From the IMG/VR virus record IMGVR_UViG_3300024521_000001, positions 32,001-96,000 of that record: a stretch of DNA of 64,000 nt. One strand, given 5' to 3'. Below, piece after piece: positions 11,501 through 19,223 of this stretch (position 1 is its first letter; every line of letters begins with the position of its first letter). Under the pieces are notes generated by a model. It ran no database searches. It was not told the DNA's origin and saw only the letters and a program-made list of their open reading frames with translations. The position numbers and the translations under genes were made by a program. This stretch comes from a virus (Duplodnaviria; Caudoviricetes).

Positions 11501-13665
11501 GGGGCTACGGCTTCAGTGGGCGGAGCCTCCTTCTCGCGCTCTCTTTCAATCTGTTTTTCTTCCTCCGCCTTCACCCTCATTGCCCCGGCCGGTGGTTCTT
11601 TCGGTGGGGCAACACCTTCTTCTTCTGCCGGTGTTGGAGGTACGGCAGCGGGGGGAGCGGATGCAGCGGGTGGTATCGCTGGCGGTTGCTGGACTGTCTC
11701 GAAGGGTAAAGGCTTTTGAACCCCTGCGGCTTTTACCATCGCCTCTGTGCGAACTTTCTGTGAGGCTTCCGCGTAAGACTTATCGAAACGCTCCATGTTT
11801 CTATAGAATTTGTCCATCTCATCCTGGGTTTCGAATCCCATTTCCCTCATTCTTCGAATACCCATGGCGGACATCATCATGTTTGCAGCAAACCCTAGTA
11901 TTCCTCCAGCACCAGCTCCTTCTGAAACCCCTTCCCAATAATCTCTTTGCTCGTCAAAGGTCATCTTTGCTGTTATGTTCCCACCTAACTGCTGCACAAG
12001 CTCCTGCACGCCTTCTTCGATTGATCCAGCAAATCCGGATCGCAACATCCTGGTTGCATTTCCTCCGGTAGCCTTGTTGAACCTCGAGAACGCCATGCCA
12101 ATAGGAACCGCTTCAGTTGATCCAGTAAGAAGCCCTCCGACCCAAGCGGCCAGGGCCGCTTCGTCATTAGCTCCGTGCTGTTTAGCTTCCCTGTAAAGGG
12201 CTGCTGATTCTGTTGCACTTCCAGCCAACAAAGGAACGGCCCAAGATGAAAGTCCAGCCTTAGATCCAAGCCCTCCAAGTAGGTAGAATCCCGCCAAACT
12301 GCCAGCTCCCTGAGGGAGAACTGATACTGCGAAAGATTCTGCAAACACTGGATTTTGAGGGAAAGCCTTAACCAGTCCTGCTCTTAGCGATTCTCCAAGT
12401 TGGTACATGTCTTTGTCGGTTGGAGATTCATAGGCTTTCTCTATTTCTTTAGGAGTCCTTACTCCAAATTCTCCAGGTAGCTTGAAGTCGAATTTAATGG
12501 CAAGTTTCTCTAACGCAGATTGGGCAATGGCTGGTGTTTGAATAACACCAGCGAAGATATTCCCAAGACCCATGGCGATTCCACCTATGGACTGTTCCAC
12601 TCTCCCCAATTCCTCGGGGCCAAGGTCTATCTTGGCCATGTCTACTTCTCGTTTACCCCAATCTTTGAAGTCCTTCCATGTGGTCCTCGCAAGTCCTGGA
12701 AGTTTACTCATAAGCACCATTGGGTGAGCGGCATCAATCCAATCTATGGCAAGGGGATCTTTCTCTGGTCGCTGCTCAGGAGTAGAAATTTGACGATGGG
12801 TATTTAACTGCCCTTCCTTCAGAGCGGCTTGTAGTTCCGGAAAGGGTTTCCCCGCTTTTGCAAAGGCATCAATGGTTCGAGAGATATTCAGATCGCCCTG
12901 CCACTTTTCATCCAGCATGGACTGGCGGCTTTTATTATCCATGCCGACATAGTCCTGGTAGTCATCTTCGGCATGGACCGCATCTTCCCACCTACCGCCT
13001 TGAAATTTACTTTCCAGCTGGTACATCCATGTTCCACCATCCTCTGTCTCAAAGGCGTACCGCGCTCCAGGTGTTCCTTCATCTATCACGGGCGGTCTAT
13101 TGAAGTTGAATCGACCGGGCCGACCTCCCATCACTAGAGGTGGACTGTAGCCTGACGGGAGCTTTGGTGTGACCAACTCCGCTAGATCGGGTTCGGGTTT
13201 CACTCCTGAGACCGCTAGATCGGGTTCGACTCCTGGGACCGAAGGTTCCACCAGTTCTGGAACTGGTGGGATGGTTTCCCCAATTTTCTGATGAGCAGAC
13301 AGCAACGCAGCAGGGGGAAGTTCCATCTCCTTTGGCTTTTCCTCTGGCGTAGGAGCTATCGTTGCAGCGGGCGCAGCCTGGATCCGTTGAGCAGCTCCAG
13401 TAGGAGCTAGACTCGGAGTCGGAGTCGGAATTGGAGCGGGTGCAGCTGGCATCCGGCCCCACTTGAGATTCCAGATCGCCGCTTTCGTGGCATCGGGTAT
13501 GTCGAGAGGATCAAGAACTCCCTGTAGGTTTTTGCCAGTGTAGTTGGTCCTAAAGACATGATCGGATATCTGAGTTTTCGACCCTTCTTCGATCGCAAGG
13601 GGGCGCAGGATTCCCTGGAGTGCATCCCGACGTTTTTGCTTGGGTCCCGTCTGTTCTTCAGCCAT
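2533..13665 (-). CDS. Giant virion-ejected polyvalent protein (DarB-like): amino-MTase, Strawberry-notch SF2 helicase, zincin peptidase, LPD38-like C-terminus
   Basis: EPSAGTG and MNPPF; GDGTGVGKGRE, FDEAH, YVSATG, QAFGRVHRS; AHEMGH..EGFAEF; VDFSAGG..PFFNAQIQG..IPRGFEWG; last internal-protein gene. Confidence 0.85.
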   Translation of the reverse strand: MAEEQTGPKQKRRDALQGILRPLAIEEGSKTQISDHVFRTNYTGKNLQGVLDPLDIPDATKAAIWNLKWGRMPAAPAPIPTPTPSLAPTGAAQRIQAAPAATIAPTPEEKPKEMELPPAALLSAHQKIGETIPPVPELVEPSVPGVEPDLAVSGVKPEPDLAELVTPKLPSGYSPPLVMGGRPGRFNFNRPPVIDEGTPGARYAFETEDGGTWMYQLESKFQGGRWEDAVHAEDDYQDYVGMDNKSRQSMLDEKWQGDLNISRTIDAFAKAGKPFPELQAALKEGQLNTHRQISTPEQRPEKDPLAIDWIDAAHPMVLMSKLPGLARTTWKDFKDWGKREVDMAKIDLGPEELGRVEQSIGGIAMGLGNIFAGVIQTPAIAQSALEKLAIKFDFKLPGEFGVRTPKEIEKAYESPTDKDMYQLGESLRAGLVKAFPQNPVFAESFAVSVLPQGAGSLAGFYLLGGLGSKAGLSSWAVPLLAGSATESAALYREAKQHGANDEAALAAWVGGLLTGSTEAVPIGMAFSRFNKATGGNATRMLRSGFAGSIEEGVQELVQQLGGNITAKMTFDEQRDYWEGVSEGAGAGGILGFAANMMMSAMGIRRMREMGFETQDEMDKFYRNMERFDKSYAEASQKVRTEAMVKAAGVQKPLPFETVQQPPAIPPAASAPPAAVPPTPAEEEGVAPPKEPPAGAMRVKAEEEKQIEREREKEAPPTEAVAPEVASVVTPAEEAVAPPVPLDQARQASAEYVDGLRSPEQKRWAGEYTNWRYGAGTEIPFPPKTIVASKVIRKQVDEIAERFGVPARGTPPVEEVLPTAIAPTPDKPAAKKPAAKKPVTPQVEAIPGMTPLGVTPLPIATGETVIYKGKEVDVMDTFVNDEGVEMVSLATGAVGATSVPVSEVSRQEPTAAIAPTPEETGLKGLTGREAELLGAIRELEKDMKEEAELEAGEGLNPHQLIAQTIQDELAAGETIGNPRLTEIANEAFGGEKGEGKYTPSDSQDAAEAGVNMMIEAADPAIVDFNDPEGTYDRLLEITARLPRQTDRTTEKEEFQQFSTPPGQAFTATYAAGITPGMTALEPSAGTGNIAVQMRLAGANVSVNELTDRRAQILRNQGFKTEQVDAELLNSTLDPKIQPDVIVMNPPFSATGGKTKGHATLHGAKHVEQALIRLNEGGRLVAIVGQGMAHDRPNFQKWWKKIEGKYTVRANIGISGKHYAKYGTTFDNNIIVIDKTGPTPGDTRIDQLNNVILGKDLSPKEALKLLGPLAKEDISGRLSKPAEQAGIPATPGGVRPSPAPEGVPSPGATGRGPGGRERIPPTPTGVGGAVTGTVGPVAGRVEPESEGPVAGVGEADVTGRQPDTGEGRRPGDVGGEPGGPGAGRVGPVSPGLTRIEEARQSAVEEEEVFSAYTVQKALFEGSQPHPADIVESSTMASVLAPDVTYTPNLPPEVVQEGRLSDVQMEAVTYAGQRHSQTMADGKTPGYWIGDGTGVGKGREVGGIIYDNFNRGRKRAVWVSVSHQLRADAERDLKGVGVPMDLIHHGITKTKDQIADEDGVLFTTYSLLAHGWKGTKARYKQLESWLGKDFDGVIVFDEAHAMKNAIGTGHGGTVSDKAGTDRGAMGLSVQEAFPKAKIVYVSATGATVPRNMGYMQRLGLWGAGGPFSTFIDFLGAMTRGGIGAMEMLSRDLKSIGAYISRSISYKGVDYETITHDLNDLQVGQYNQMADLWDDLLTAFEEAQENAGQKKGGTAFSQFYARQQQFFLQLMMSYQLPDLLAAADKDLAAGRSTVISLYNTNQAQTDRAITKATAAGEDAENLDLTPREMIVQLIESQFPLEQYEDKYDPATGRTSPVPVLQDGEPLINRENLAKQQDLIDKVSDIQLPVNPMDEIVDHFGVSNIAEISGRPRRIVNGKPERRSIKGVSFKDLNLHETARFQNQDVRIAIITGAASTGISLHSDKTAKNQQRRVFYAMQLSWSADQQMQAFGRVHRSFQAEAPIIKLLRTNLRGQERLINTVAKRLASLGALTKGGRETLGGSLFEVEDITDQYGEAALSETYRAIQRDAIDGVKTGMQLLQRMGIASADGKLRRAHLTDVNRFLNRIMALHVDVQNSVFEHFYAEYQRISQIAKQDGTFDVGVTPVTDERNRRPTSLVLKSKPEVVYTHPESKAETVLIELEGDFPVPKMAFGDSPMTTRPMGYYVNKRSEKIYVAHRTEKSKWSHQALQAGKEGYQAQVLLSSPTGNAHEVEAYQLEEDQNFTQLEEAAAETQWNKEYSEIPDSVKKPVHLLTAPIFPIYDKVTGDEQIRRLGVVRATLDDGSSHIGIAVQPGEIGGLKQRLGIGTPLGNATAQEIYDLVLNNKSMIELDNGWRLLMTKVKREDRMELDAGRNYNKEELETFGLKSEKIDYKRRFFIPLDSVEGPNALGRLLERHKAVKDRTGMQPDVRPEAATYGDPDVMPGETAEPGTLPPSPEGGGAPGIASVLPASPEQVLFPFKTESATGFGLDQLPADFQQNVEDPILGFNAERDMEMEMLDQLTDKGKPMGAPEIIKSFENVLTAADRTVPFRLHRFRKKARGIFKVLAEVIRLRVANNLPTAAHEMGHALDKAVFGYLRGSKSHWETRPPVVRAELVKMGKDLYKSKHPEGGYKREGFAEFIRLELTTDIEAARKAPQTHRWFVKEFLKDNPKIADAFNEAKSAVTKWRLQGAVQRGKAMKAAITPTVKQRLLSILDLFSYQKWVEAGSAYEHLTSIATTLKGSGIAIEENPELTFHALRHTHTARAAYMVEDHMINIAGVPVGPSLEDAGALVKDQREEFTLYLWGRRAIERWKENKNPGISKNDAEFLVEHFETPEFQRAAQKVYEWNRGVLNYAVQGGLITQQALDKIIEGSQDYIPLARVLDDIDSGYVRRLRGGWSTGSITNRMRGSGRRIRDPFEVMIENATNIILKTHQRIIIDQILKLRHIEGMGHMIEEVDRGVVPVTISTAQVLGVLKQKGIEIGETAEDVLLKAEGFQKLESPEETLDSILTFFIPAQHPKGMDPIIPLVENGVVRWFQIDPELYASLSGLDVYRLPKGWDIVLGKPARLFRLGTTGLRASFAWVRNPARDLQTFFMQTASNANPAELAAAWTFQMQDIIRHGKQSEHYDLMRRLGAEVSQPLGIDIRFTRRAAKRLFRGRVMKVVTNPIDHLREIMQIPESATRTAELKLRAKEMGWKPGQPMSFAQSLQLLLDTKRVTVDFSAGGSVGQAVNQAVPFFNAQIQGTRLTLRTFKSKPKRTVIRGVMGLTSLTLALWWLNKDEEWYTDMPYWERFTYWNIDDGKHIWQIPRGFEWGTIFTAVPEAIWDAMYRQDPEAIIEVFGQWSEQVNPAALPVIPDVVLEQFANERFFTNSPIVPIGELNDPPGDQRGPYTSKLAGMLGDMFPNQASPRRIDHAIRGFFGGLGPDILDTLGLGVPSRRISLKELEGVPILSSLVRPGGREGRRSLAVDTFYEDLSREQRRFNGQKNKGESETTNQRHYRQVLEDAHDTIIMINHVQRALDPVKQKQKVSDFNVAKRHIARDAVDKKGIAPNPDEMLAYAAGRVNMELGDKYEAATDAAIEAQLVDEDPAAFWSKLKVIQEQPGPSMDIKNIAQRLDSLRMKISLLEAARAMPGVKNLEEINTQLNQLYWERNQSRFKATRSGARMQMEPIPVTPENIPVTPEVPTELPPTP

Positions 13666-15416
13666 TATTCATAGGGGTTAGGTTCAACATCTTGGAGGTA
13701 ATCTCTGAGCTTCGTAGCCGCGGCCTCATCCATGAAGTCCAGGAATGGAACGACTTGCTCTGGTCTCACAGCGCCCGTAGAAACCGACAGCATGACAAGT
13801 GCGGGATCTATGACCGCAGTTTCAACGAAGCCCATTCCGGTTGGGCTTGGACCCATTTGTTTAACCATCCAACTCTCCCAATCTATATTCTTTGGTATGA
13901 GCACGGGCTTACCATCGACCTTAACCACACCAGCCTTACCCTCAACGTCCCCACGCTGCGGGAATCTACCCATAACTGTCTGGCCGGTAGCGGGGTCTTG
14001 CATAGGCCTGTGGACCCAGACTTGCGTTGCCTGTTGCCCGCCTGGTCTCTTTTCCCAGGCTGTGATAGACAAGTCCTGCTGAGAGGTTCGTTGGTTCACA
14101 GGAGTGCCCTTGGCCTCAAAGTATTTTTGTTCCGCTCGCTGTGATGGAGTGAGACTTCCTTCCTTGGCAGTTTGCAACCACACATCGTAGGCTTGTTTAG
14201 CCTGTCTCAGTGCGGGGGGCCAATCCTTGATAGGTCGCGTCAGATCGAATCCTGTCCGTTGCGACTTATCGAGTTCTGCTGCAAAGGTTCGCTGCAATCC
14301 ATCTCCAGCGTCAGGACGGTGTTGCCTCATTTCAGGGAAAGCAGCCGAGAGAGCATCTTGAAATGCTTGCCTATCCATGAGTCCCATTTCCACAGAACGT
14401 CGGCCAGCATTGTAGTGCAAGCGAAAGTTAGGATCTTGAAGGGCTTCTGTAAAGGTCTCCTGGGCTGGAGTGCTCAGGACGTATTCCAGCATATTGTCGA
14501 CCGCTCCAAATGCCTCTTGAGCCAGACGTTCCTCCTTCTGTTCAGCCGGTTCTTTGAACCGCGCGGATTGCCATGGAGGAATCTCCTCCAGCAAACCAGG
14601 ATAAAGGCTCTTGGTTGTCGGAAGTACGCTCGGCGGTGCTGCTGCTGCTGGAGCTGCTGCCTGCTGGTCACCAAACACGGCCTGTCCCGGGGAAGTGAAG
14701 TCTCCGCGTGTTGGAGCTCCCGCCGGTTGCGTTCCCCCTAAAATGCTTTCCGGAGGTCCCGCTGCTCCACCAGCTGGAGGAGGAGCAGCTGACAATCCCG
14801 CCAGTGTTGACGCGGCCGGGGAGACTCCCGCTTGCATGGCTTCCCCGGTAGCGGATCCGACAGGCGGTAGCTGCGCAAAGGTTTGACCGGCTGTGGGTTC
14901 TGCGGGGGCTGATCCAGTCGGAGTCTGTGTTGCTCTGGCAATTCCCCCTTCAGGACTTCCTCCACCCCCCCCCCCCTTTCCCCCGCCAGTCATAATCGAA
15001 GAGACCATTTCTTGAAATTGCTGCCCCTGCTCTCCCCCTGGTCCCCGCCGTGTGAATGGATTAAGGAAACTCAACATTTGCATGGCAGGGTTCTGTTTCT
15101 TACCGCCTTTGGGTTTTTCGTCGATCATCCCAAAGAGTTCGCTCGCACCGGAGTAGAAACGCTCTCCCTCTTGTTCGAGCCTCTGAGCTTCTGACTCATG
15201 CTGCTCCCTGGCCTGAAGGGTGAGACTTTCATCCAAAGAAAGGGTGCGGGCCGTATCGGACTGCTTCTTTCTGGCTTCGGCAAAGTCAAACATCGTGGAA
15301 ACAGTATCGAGCCGACGGTCTTTCTCGGCCGCATTCGATGTTTCTATTTGCCCTCGCTTTTGCGAAAAGCCTTGGATGAACTCGCCAATATTGCCTAAAG
15401 CACTCATGGCCATCAT
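13665..15416 (-). CDS. Internal virion/ejection protein
   Basis: Between the small ejection protein and the giant protein; helical N-terminus, P/A/G-rich linker. Confidence 0.6.
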   Translation of the reverse strand: MMAMSALGNIGEFIQGFSQKRGQIETSNAAEKDRRLDTVSTMFDFAEARKKQSDTARTLSLDESLTLQAREQHESEAQRLEQEGERFYSGASELFGMIDEKPKGGKKQNPAMQMLSFLNPFTRRGPGGEQGQQFQEMVSSIMTGGGKGGGGGGSPEGGIARATQTPTGSAPAEPTAGQTFAQLPPVGSATGEAMQAGVSPAASTLAGLSAAPPPAGGAAGPPESILGGTQPAGAPTRGDFTSPGQAVFGDQQAAAPAAAAPPSVLPTTKSLYPGLLEEIPPWQSARFKEPAEQKEERLAQEAFGAVDNMLEYVLSTPAQETFTEALQDPNFRLHYNAGRRSVEMGLMDRQAFQDALSAAFPEMRQHRPDAGDGLQRTFAAELDKSQRTGFDLTRPIKDWPPALRQAKQAYDVWLQTAKEGSLTPSQRAEQKYFEAKGTPVNQRTSQQDLSITAWEKRPGGQQATQVWVHRPMQDPATGQTVMGRFPQRGDVEGKAGVVKVDGKPVLIPKNIDWESWMVKQMGPSPTGMGFVETAVIDPALVMLSVSTGAVRPEQVVPFLDFMDEAAATKLRDYLQDVEPNPYE

Positions 15417-15907
15417 TTACCTCCAAACATAGAACCAAGCCCACCGAACAAACCACCTCTCGATTGCGAAGCGGACAGGTTTCCCAATGCTTGACCACCC
15501 TGCATACCCGTACCCAAAGCCGATATCCCCGCCTGCGTTCCACCAACCCCTAGTGAGGCTAGACGTGCCAGGCTTTCCGAAAACATCTGAGGCCCGAGGC
15601 TACCAATCGTGCCAGCTTCAGCCTTGGCAAGATCCCCGCGGGATTGTTCAAGAGTACCGCCACGAGGCAAACTCCTTTCTATGGACGACCTGGCTTGACC
15701 GAACTGGTTTCGTATTCCCTGGATAGAAGGGGCCAGGGCTTGGGTCGTCGTCTCCGGATCCCCACTCACCAGAGCTCTGTATTTCGCAATGGGTATAGTC
15801 CGTGCTGGCTCGGTCTGCTCCTCGAGTTTTTCCGACAGGGCCAAGGCCCTCTCAGTGGACTGAGTCAATGCTGACTGAGCTGCCTTTCCTGCGCTTTTAC
15901 CGCCCAT
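15413..15907 (-). CDS. Small ejection/pilot protein
   Basis: MGGKS start, A/G/Q-rich, GGLFGGLG C-terminus; follows the GNAT gene as in many podoviruses. Confidence 0.65.
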   Translation of the reverse strand: MGGKSAGKAAQSALTQSTERALALSEKLEEQTEPARTIPIAKYRALVSGDPETTTQALAPSIQGIRNQFGQARSSIERSLPRGGTLEQSRGDLAKAEAGTIGSLGPQMFSESLARLASLGVGGTQAGISALGTGMQGGQALGNLSASQSRGGLFGGLGSMFGGK

Positions 15908-16556
15908 TGGTTTCCCCCTTTGCTAAATACTTGGCCTCGGCAATATTAAATTCTTCCTTGGTTTGAACCGCCACGAGTCCATCTACGGTTTCTCCGTGGT
16001 AGGTGGTGAAACCCGGGATCTCGGCTGCATAGTGGAATCCCAGGTTTCTGACATAGCGTTGTGCCAGCTTGTTTGGCTTCGGAGTCAGGCCGAAAACCAG
16101 ATCAAACCCTTGACCTGTCGGCATGTTCTGAGCATCGAACTCCTCACCTTTCAATAGGAGCTTCCAAGGAAACCTAAACCACTGAGAGACACAGATCATT
16201 CCGAATCTTTGGGTGATCTTCGGATTCCAGAACTTACGAAAGAAGACGAAGGAGCCACAGCCTTTGAGCATGGAGTCAGTATGGTTGATATCATTCAGCC
16301 AGCCGATTCCGTGATACTGATTGGTTTTCACATCGGTCAAAATGCTCAGAACCGTGTGAGGGTACATGCCCATGAAGTCGATAAACTCCTCTTTCGGTAG
16401 CTCCCGCTCGTGCATGACCTCACGATAGAGACCATCGGCATGCAGATCGTTGTAGATCCTCTCCAGCATGTCTTCCGGAAAGAGGTTCTTGTTGAAGGCG
16501 TACGGATAGACCCCGTATCGCTCCTCCTCAGCTACTTCTTCTTCAACTGCTAGCAT
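15897..16556 (-). CDS. GNAT-fold protein (T7 gp13-like position)
   Basis: VFGLTPKPNKLAQRYVRNLGF motif; upstream of ejection genes. Confidence 0.7.
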   Translation of the reverse strand: MLAVEEEVAEEERYGVYPYAFNKNLFPEDMLERIYNDLHADGLYREVMHERELPKEEFIDFMGMYPHTVLSILTDVKTNQYHGIGWLNDINHTDSMLKGCGSFVFFRKFWNPKITQRFGMICVSQWFRFPWKLLLKGEEFDAQNMPTGQGFDLVFGLTPKPNKLAQRYVRNLGFHYAAEIPGFTTYHGETVDGLVAVQTKEEFNIAEAKYLAKGETNGR

Positions 16557-16568
16557 GTTGACCTTTCA

Positions 16569-16584
16569 GTACAAACGTCTGTAC
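16569..16584. promoter_or_regulatory. 16-bp near-palindrome copy 2 (GTACAAACGTCTGTAC)
   Basis: Intergenic, 12 nt upstream of GNAT ATG, downstream of A-tracts. Confidence 0.6.
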
Positions 16585-16713
16585 TCATACCCCCCCTACC
16601 CCGAGGCTTGAAAATTTTTAATTTTTTTTTCTAAAGCGACCACAAGGGCCTCCAGGTTTTTGAACACCTTTTTAATAGGAGCTCAAGTCCATTTCAGAAT
16701 ATCCATTTTGTCC

Positions 16714-17145
16714 CTATCTCCATTTTAGTCGGCCCTTCAAGTAAAATGCCCCCAAATCCCACACTCTCCTCGCCAGATCGCTGAGTGATAAGCAGTTGCA
16801 GGGATTCTTTTCATTGTCCGGAGGCCAAGCCTTGGCACGATCGTACAGCGTGAATGTATCGGTCTCGGGATCGTAGGCAAACGCCGTCCACCCTGGCCCA
16901 TCCAAGTCGAGGCCCTCTTGTGTCCTACCTGTCACCTCAACAATATTCGGGGGGATCTCAGGTCCGTAACCTGGAACCCTGCGGGACTCTAGTACGGACA
17001 TAACAAAAAACCCAATAACAGTTCCGTCTATCTCGATAGGTATATCCGGAACATACTGCGCAAACATTCTGTAGGTGCGCGAATACACCCTTGCCCTAGG
17101 GTTTTCTATTTCAATTCCAGTCTCAAAAGGATCCGAAGTGCTCAT
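16714..17145 (-). CDS. Hypothetical protein, tail-associated region
   Basis: ATGA-coupled to upstream gene. Confidence 0.6.
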   Translation of the reverse strand: MSTSDPFETGIEIENPRARVYSRTYRMFAQYVPDIPIEIDGTVIGFFVMSVLESRRVPGYGPEIPPNIVEVTGRTQEGLDLDGPGWTAFAYDPETDTFTLYDRAKAWPPDNEKNPCNCLSLSDLARRVWDLGAFYLKGRLKWR

Positions 17146-17582
17146 AGATACTCCACGAGTTTGGTAAAAAAGCGGTGCTCACAGCCATCCGTGCCATCGG
17201 GTGCCCCCGGGTTCGGGGTAGGTGAGCCACTTCTTTCCACGACAGCAGTAGTCGGACCAGTCAGTTCCAAGCGCCATTGGCTTATTTTTCCATCATTAAT
17301 GACCCCCAGATCTCCTACCAAGCCAATAGGTCCCGGAGCTGGTGGAACCGCGAGACTACTGCAGCTGCTCCCTATCGAACCGTCAAAGGGAAGAACCCCC
17401 TGACACCTGAAAAAGCCGGCATTATACGCAGAGTGTTGGTGGTAGGCTCTTGTGACATCCACGGCTGAGATGACAACACCAGGCAGTATAAGGGTTGTAT
17501 ACGCCGCAGCCGCCGTATTGCCTGGAACAAAGCTGAAAGATATTCGCTGTACGTCTATAGGTAATGTCGTTCCGCCTGCCAT
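17142..17582 (-). CDS. Small tail-associated beta protein (VQR..VDVTRA..VEY module)
   Basis: Start re-called at MAGGTT (AGGA RBS); shares module with neighbours. Confidence 0.6.
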   Translation of the reverse strand: MAGGTTLPIDVQRISFSFVPGNTAAAAYTTLILPGVVISAVDVTRAYHQHSAYNAGFFRCQGVLPFDGSIGSSCSSLAVPPAPGPIGLVGDLGVINDGKISQWRLELTGPTTAVVERSGSPTPNPGAPDGTDGCEHRFFTKLVEYL

Positions 17583-17593
17583 CGTTGTCCTTT

Positions 17594-18496
17594 TTATCCA
17601 GGTGGTGGAAACCAAATCAGGGACGCATAAACACCTAAACATTGAGCACCACAAGCATTTTGAGCAAGGGTGCGAAAGTTACTTCCATGTGCATAGTTAC
17701 TGTATTCAATGACCGTAGCGAAACCACTTGCAGAGTTCGGAGCAGGAATACCTGCGCTCGACCTTACAAGGTTAAGTTGGCCCTGCCACTGTTCCGGATG
17801 GAAGCGAGATGTTGGGGGGGTGCTGAAGGAAGCACCCACCTCTGTGAACTCAAGGCCCCGGAAAATGGGAACGGCGTTAGTAATCCCACTGGCGATTCCA
17901 AGATCTAGGTCCAATCCAGTTGCAGGATCTACAACCCTAGCGCCTGCGGCGGTGTTCCCAAAAATCCCGCTGGTGTTGGGCACTTTTTGACTTGAGGTGA
18001 AATCATAAGGACCGGGATCAGATGGGCTTGGTGAAGCTGAGCAAACAGGAGGACTGGCGGCCGGGCCCACATCTGCGACTTTCACATCTATACTAGAACC
18101 TCCTGTGCCTGTGTAAGAGACCACTGTAAAACTAACATCTAGGCTCACTCCGGCAGTGGTCCTGGTTGCTAGAACCTCATCACTGAAACCGGCAGCAATA
18201 GATGTAAAAGCCAGGTGAACGCGCCAGGTGGCGAGGTTCGTGGTGGAGCTGTTCACGAACAGTCCAGTAAAGAGAATCCAACTTCTGGTAACGTCGACTG
18301 GAGTTGCGAGCACTAAGCTAGCGGTGAGCGAACCAGAGCCTACGACGATCTTACCTCGTTGGACCAAAACTCCAGCTCCGCTAGCAATAGCGACAAAGGG
18401 ATCCGGAAAGGAACGAACCCCTGCTGCGGTTCCAGAGGTGTTGAGACCCTGTGAATTAATATCCGGAAAAGTTTGAGCTATGCGTTCTGTCGTCAT
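17594..18496 (-). CDS. Tail-associated beta protein with the same module
   Basis: VLVQRG..PVDVTRSWIL..TVVSY and ..TVIEY. Confidence 0.6.
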   Translation of the reverse strand: MTTERIAQTFPDINSQGLNTSGTAAGVRSFPDPFVAIASGAGVLVQRGKIVVGSGSLTASLVLATPVDVTRSWILFTGLFVNSSTTNLATWRVHLAFTSIAAGFSDEVLATRTTAGVSLDVSFTVVSYTGTGGSSIDVKVADVGPAASPPVCSASPSPSDPGPYDFTSSQKVPNTSGIFGNTAAGARVVDPATGLDLDLGIASGITNAVPIFRGLEFTEVGASFSTPPTSRFHPEQWQGQLNLVRSSAGIPAPNSASGFATVIEYSNYAHGSNFRTLAQNACGAQCLGVYASLIWFPPPG

Positions 18497-18861
18497 AGAA
18501 ACTCAATCACGGCAATCTTAAGGGTTGCGAAACCCCCGCCGGAAACCTTCACGCTGCTAGTGCTCGCAAACTCCCAACGATTAGTGTGAACCAACCCATT
18601 TTCGTCACCGCCGGCGCTAGGGATTCCATGCGGTGAACCCTGAATCTGTAGGTAGGCTCTCGTCAGGTCAGCCACGGCGGTAATGGCAACCGTCACACTC
18701 CCAGCCACCAAAACAGCGGTGATCTCCTGAACCGCAACATCAATGTCAAATCCACCACCAGCCAGAAGCCCAGGGACGCTAGGGAACTGTTCCAGGTCAC
18801 TCCCCGCCTTCGGGATACCCGGAAGAGTCTCAGCTTCATCTGTCGGGTCGTGCTGTGTCAT
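18493..18861 (-). CDS. Small tail-associated protein, same module
   Basis: VAVQE..TAVADLTRAYL..AVIEFL. Confidence 0.6.
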   Translation of the reverse strand: MTQHDPTDEAETLPGIPKAGSDLEQFPSVPGLLAGGGFDIDVAVQEITAVLVAGSVTVAITAVADLTRAYLQIQGSPHGIPSAGGDENGLVHTNRWEFASTSSVKVSGGGFATLKIAVIEFL

Positions 18862-19223
18862 GCGTTCTCCATCTCGGCACAGCTGACGGTTATGGAAATG
18901 TCACCAAAGCCGCCCGATTGCTTTGCTGCTTCGATGACCCATTCTGATCCTGGCCTGATATGCAATCGCCAGATCTCGGTATTACCCGCTCGCAACTGTC
19001 CAGCTCCTCCTGTGGCCGATCCCCGCCAGAAGTGCTTATTGGCCGTGGCCTCACCTTCTGGCCTGACCTTCAAATCGTATCCAGTGTCAATTAAGGAGAA
19101 ATTACAGACGATGATCGTGATCTGGAGCGCAGTTCTCCCGGCGGTGATCGCGGTGATCTCGGTGAGGACCGTCGTCAATTCCTCTTGCGCTGGTTCTGGA
19201 TAAAAAACGTCGCCTACTGCCAT
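18858..19223 (-). CDS. Small virion-type beta protein (paralog of 19223-19639)
   Basis: LQITIIVCNF..GYDLKVRP..NKH..RGS; start re-called at TAATG overlap. Confidence 0.65.
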   Translation of the reverse strand: MAVGDVFYPEPAQEELTTVLTEITAITAGRTALQITIIVCNFSLIDTGYDLKVRPEGEATANKHFWRGSATGGAGQLRAGNTEIWRLHIRPGSEWVIEAAKQSGGFGDISITVSCAEMENA

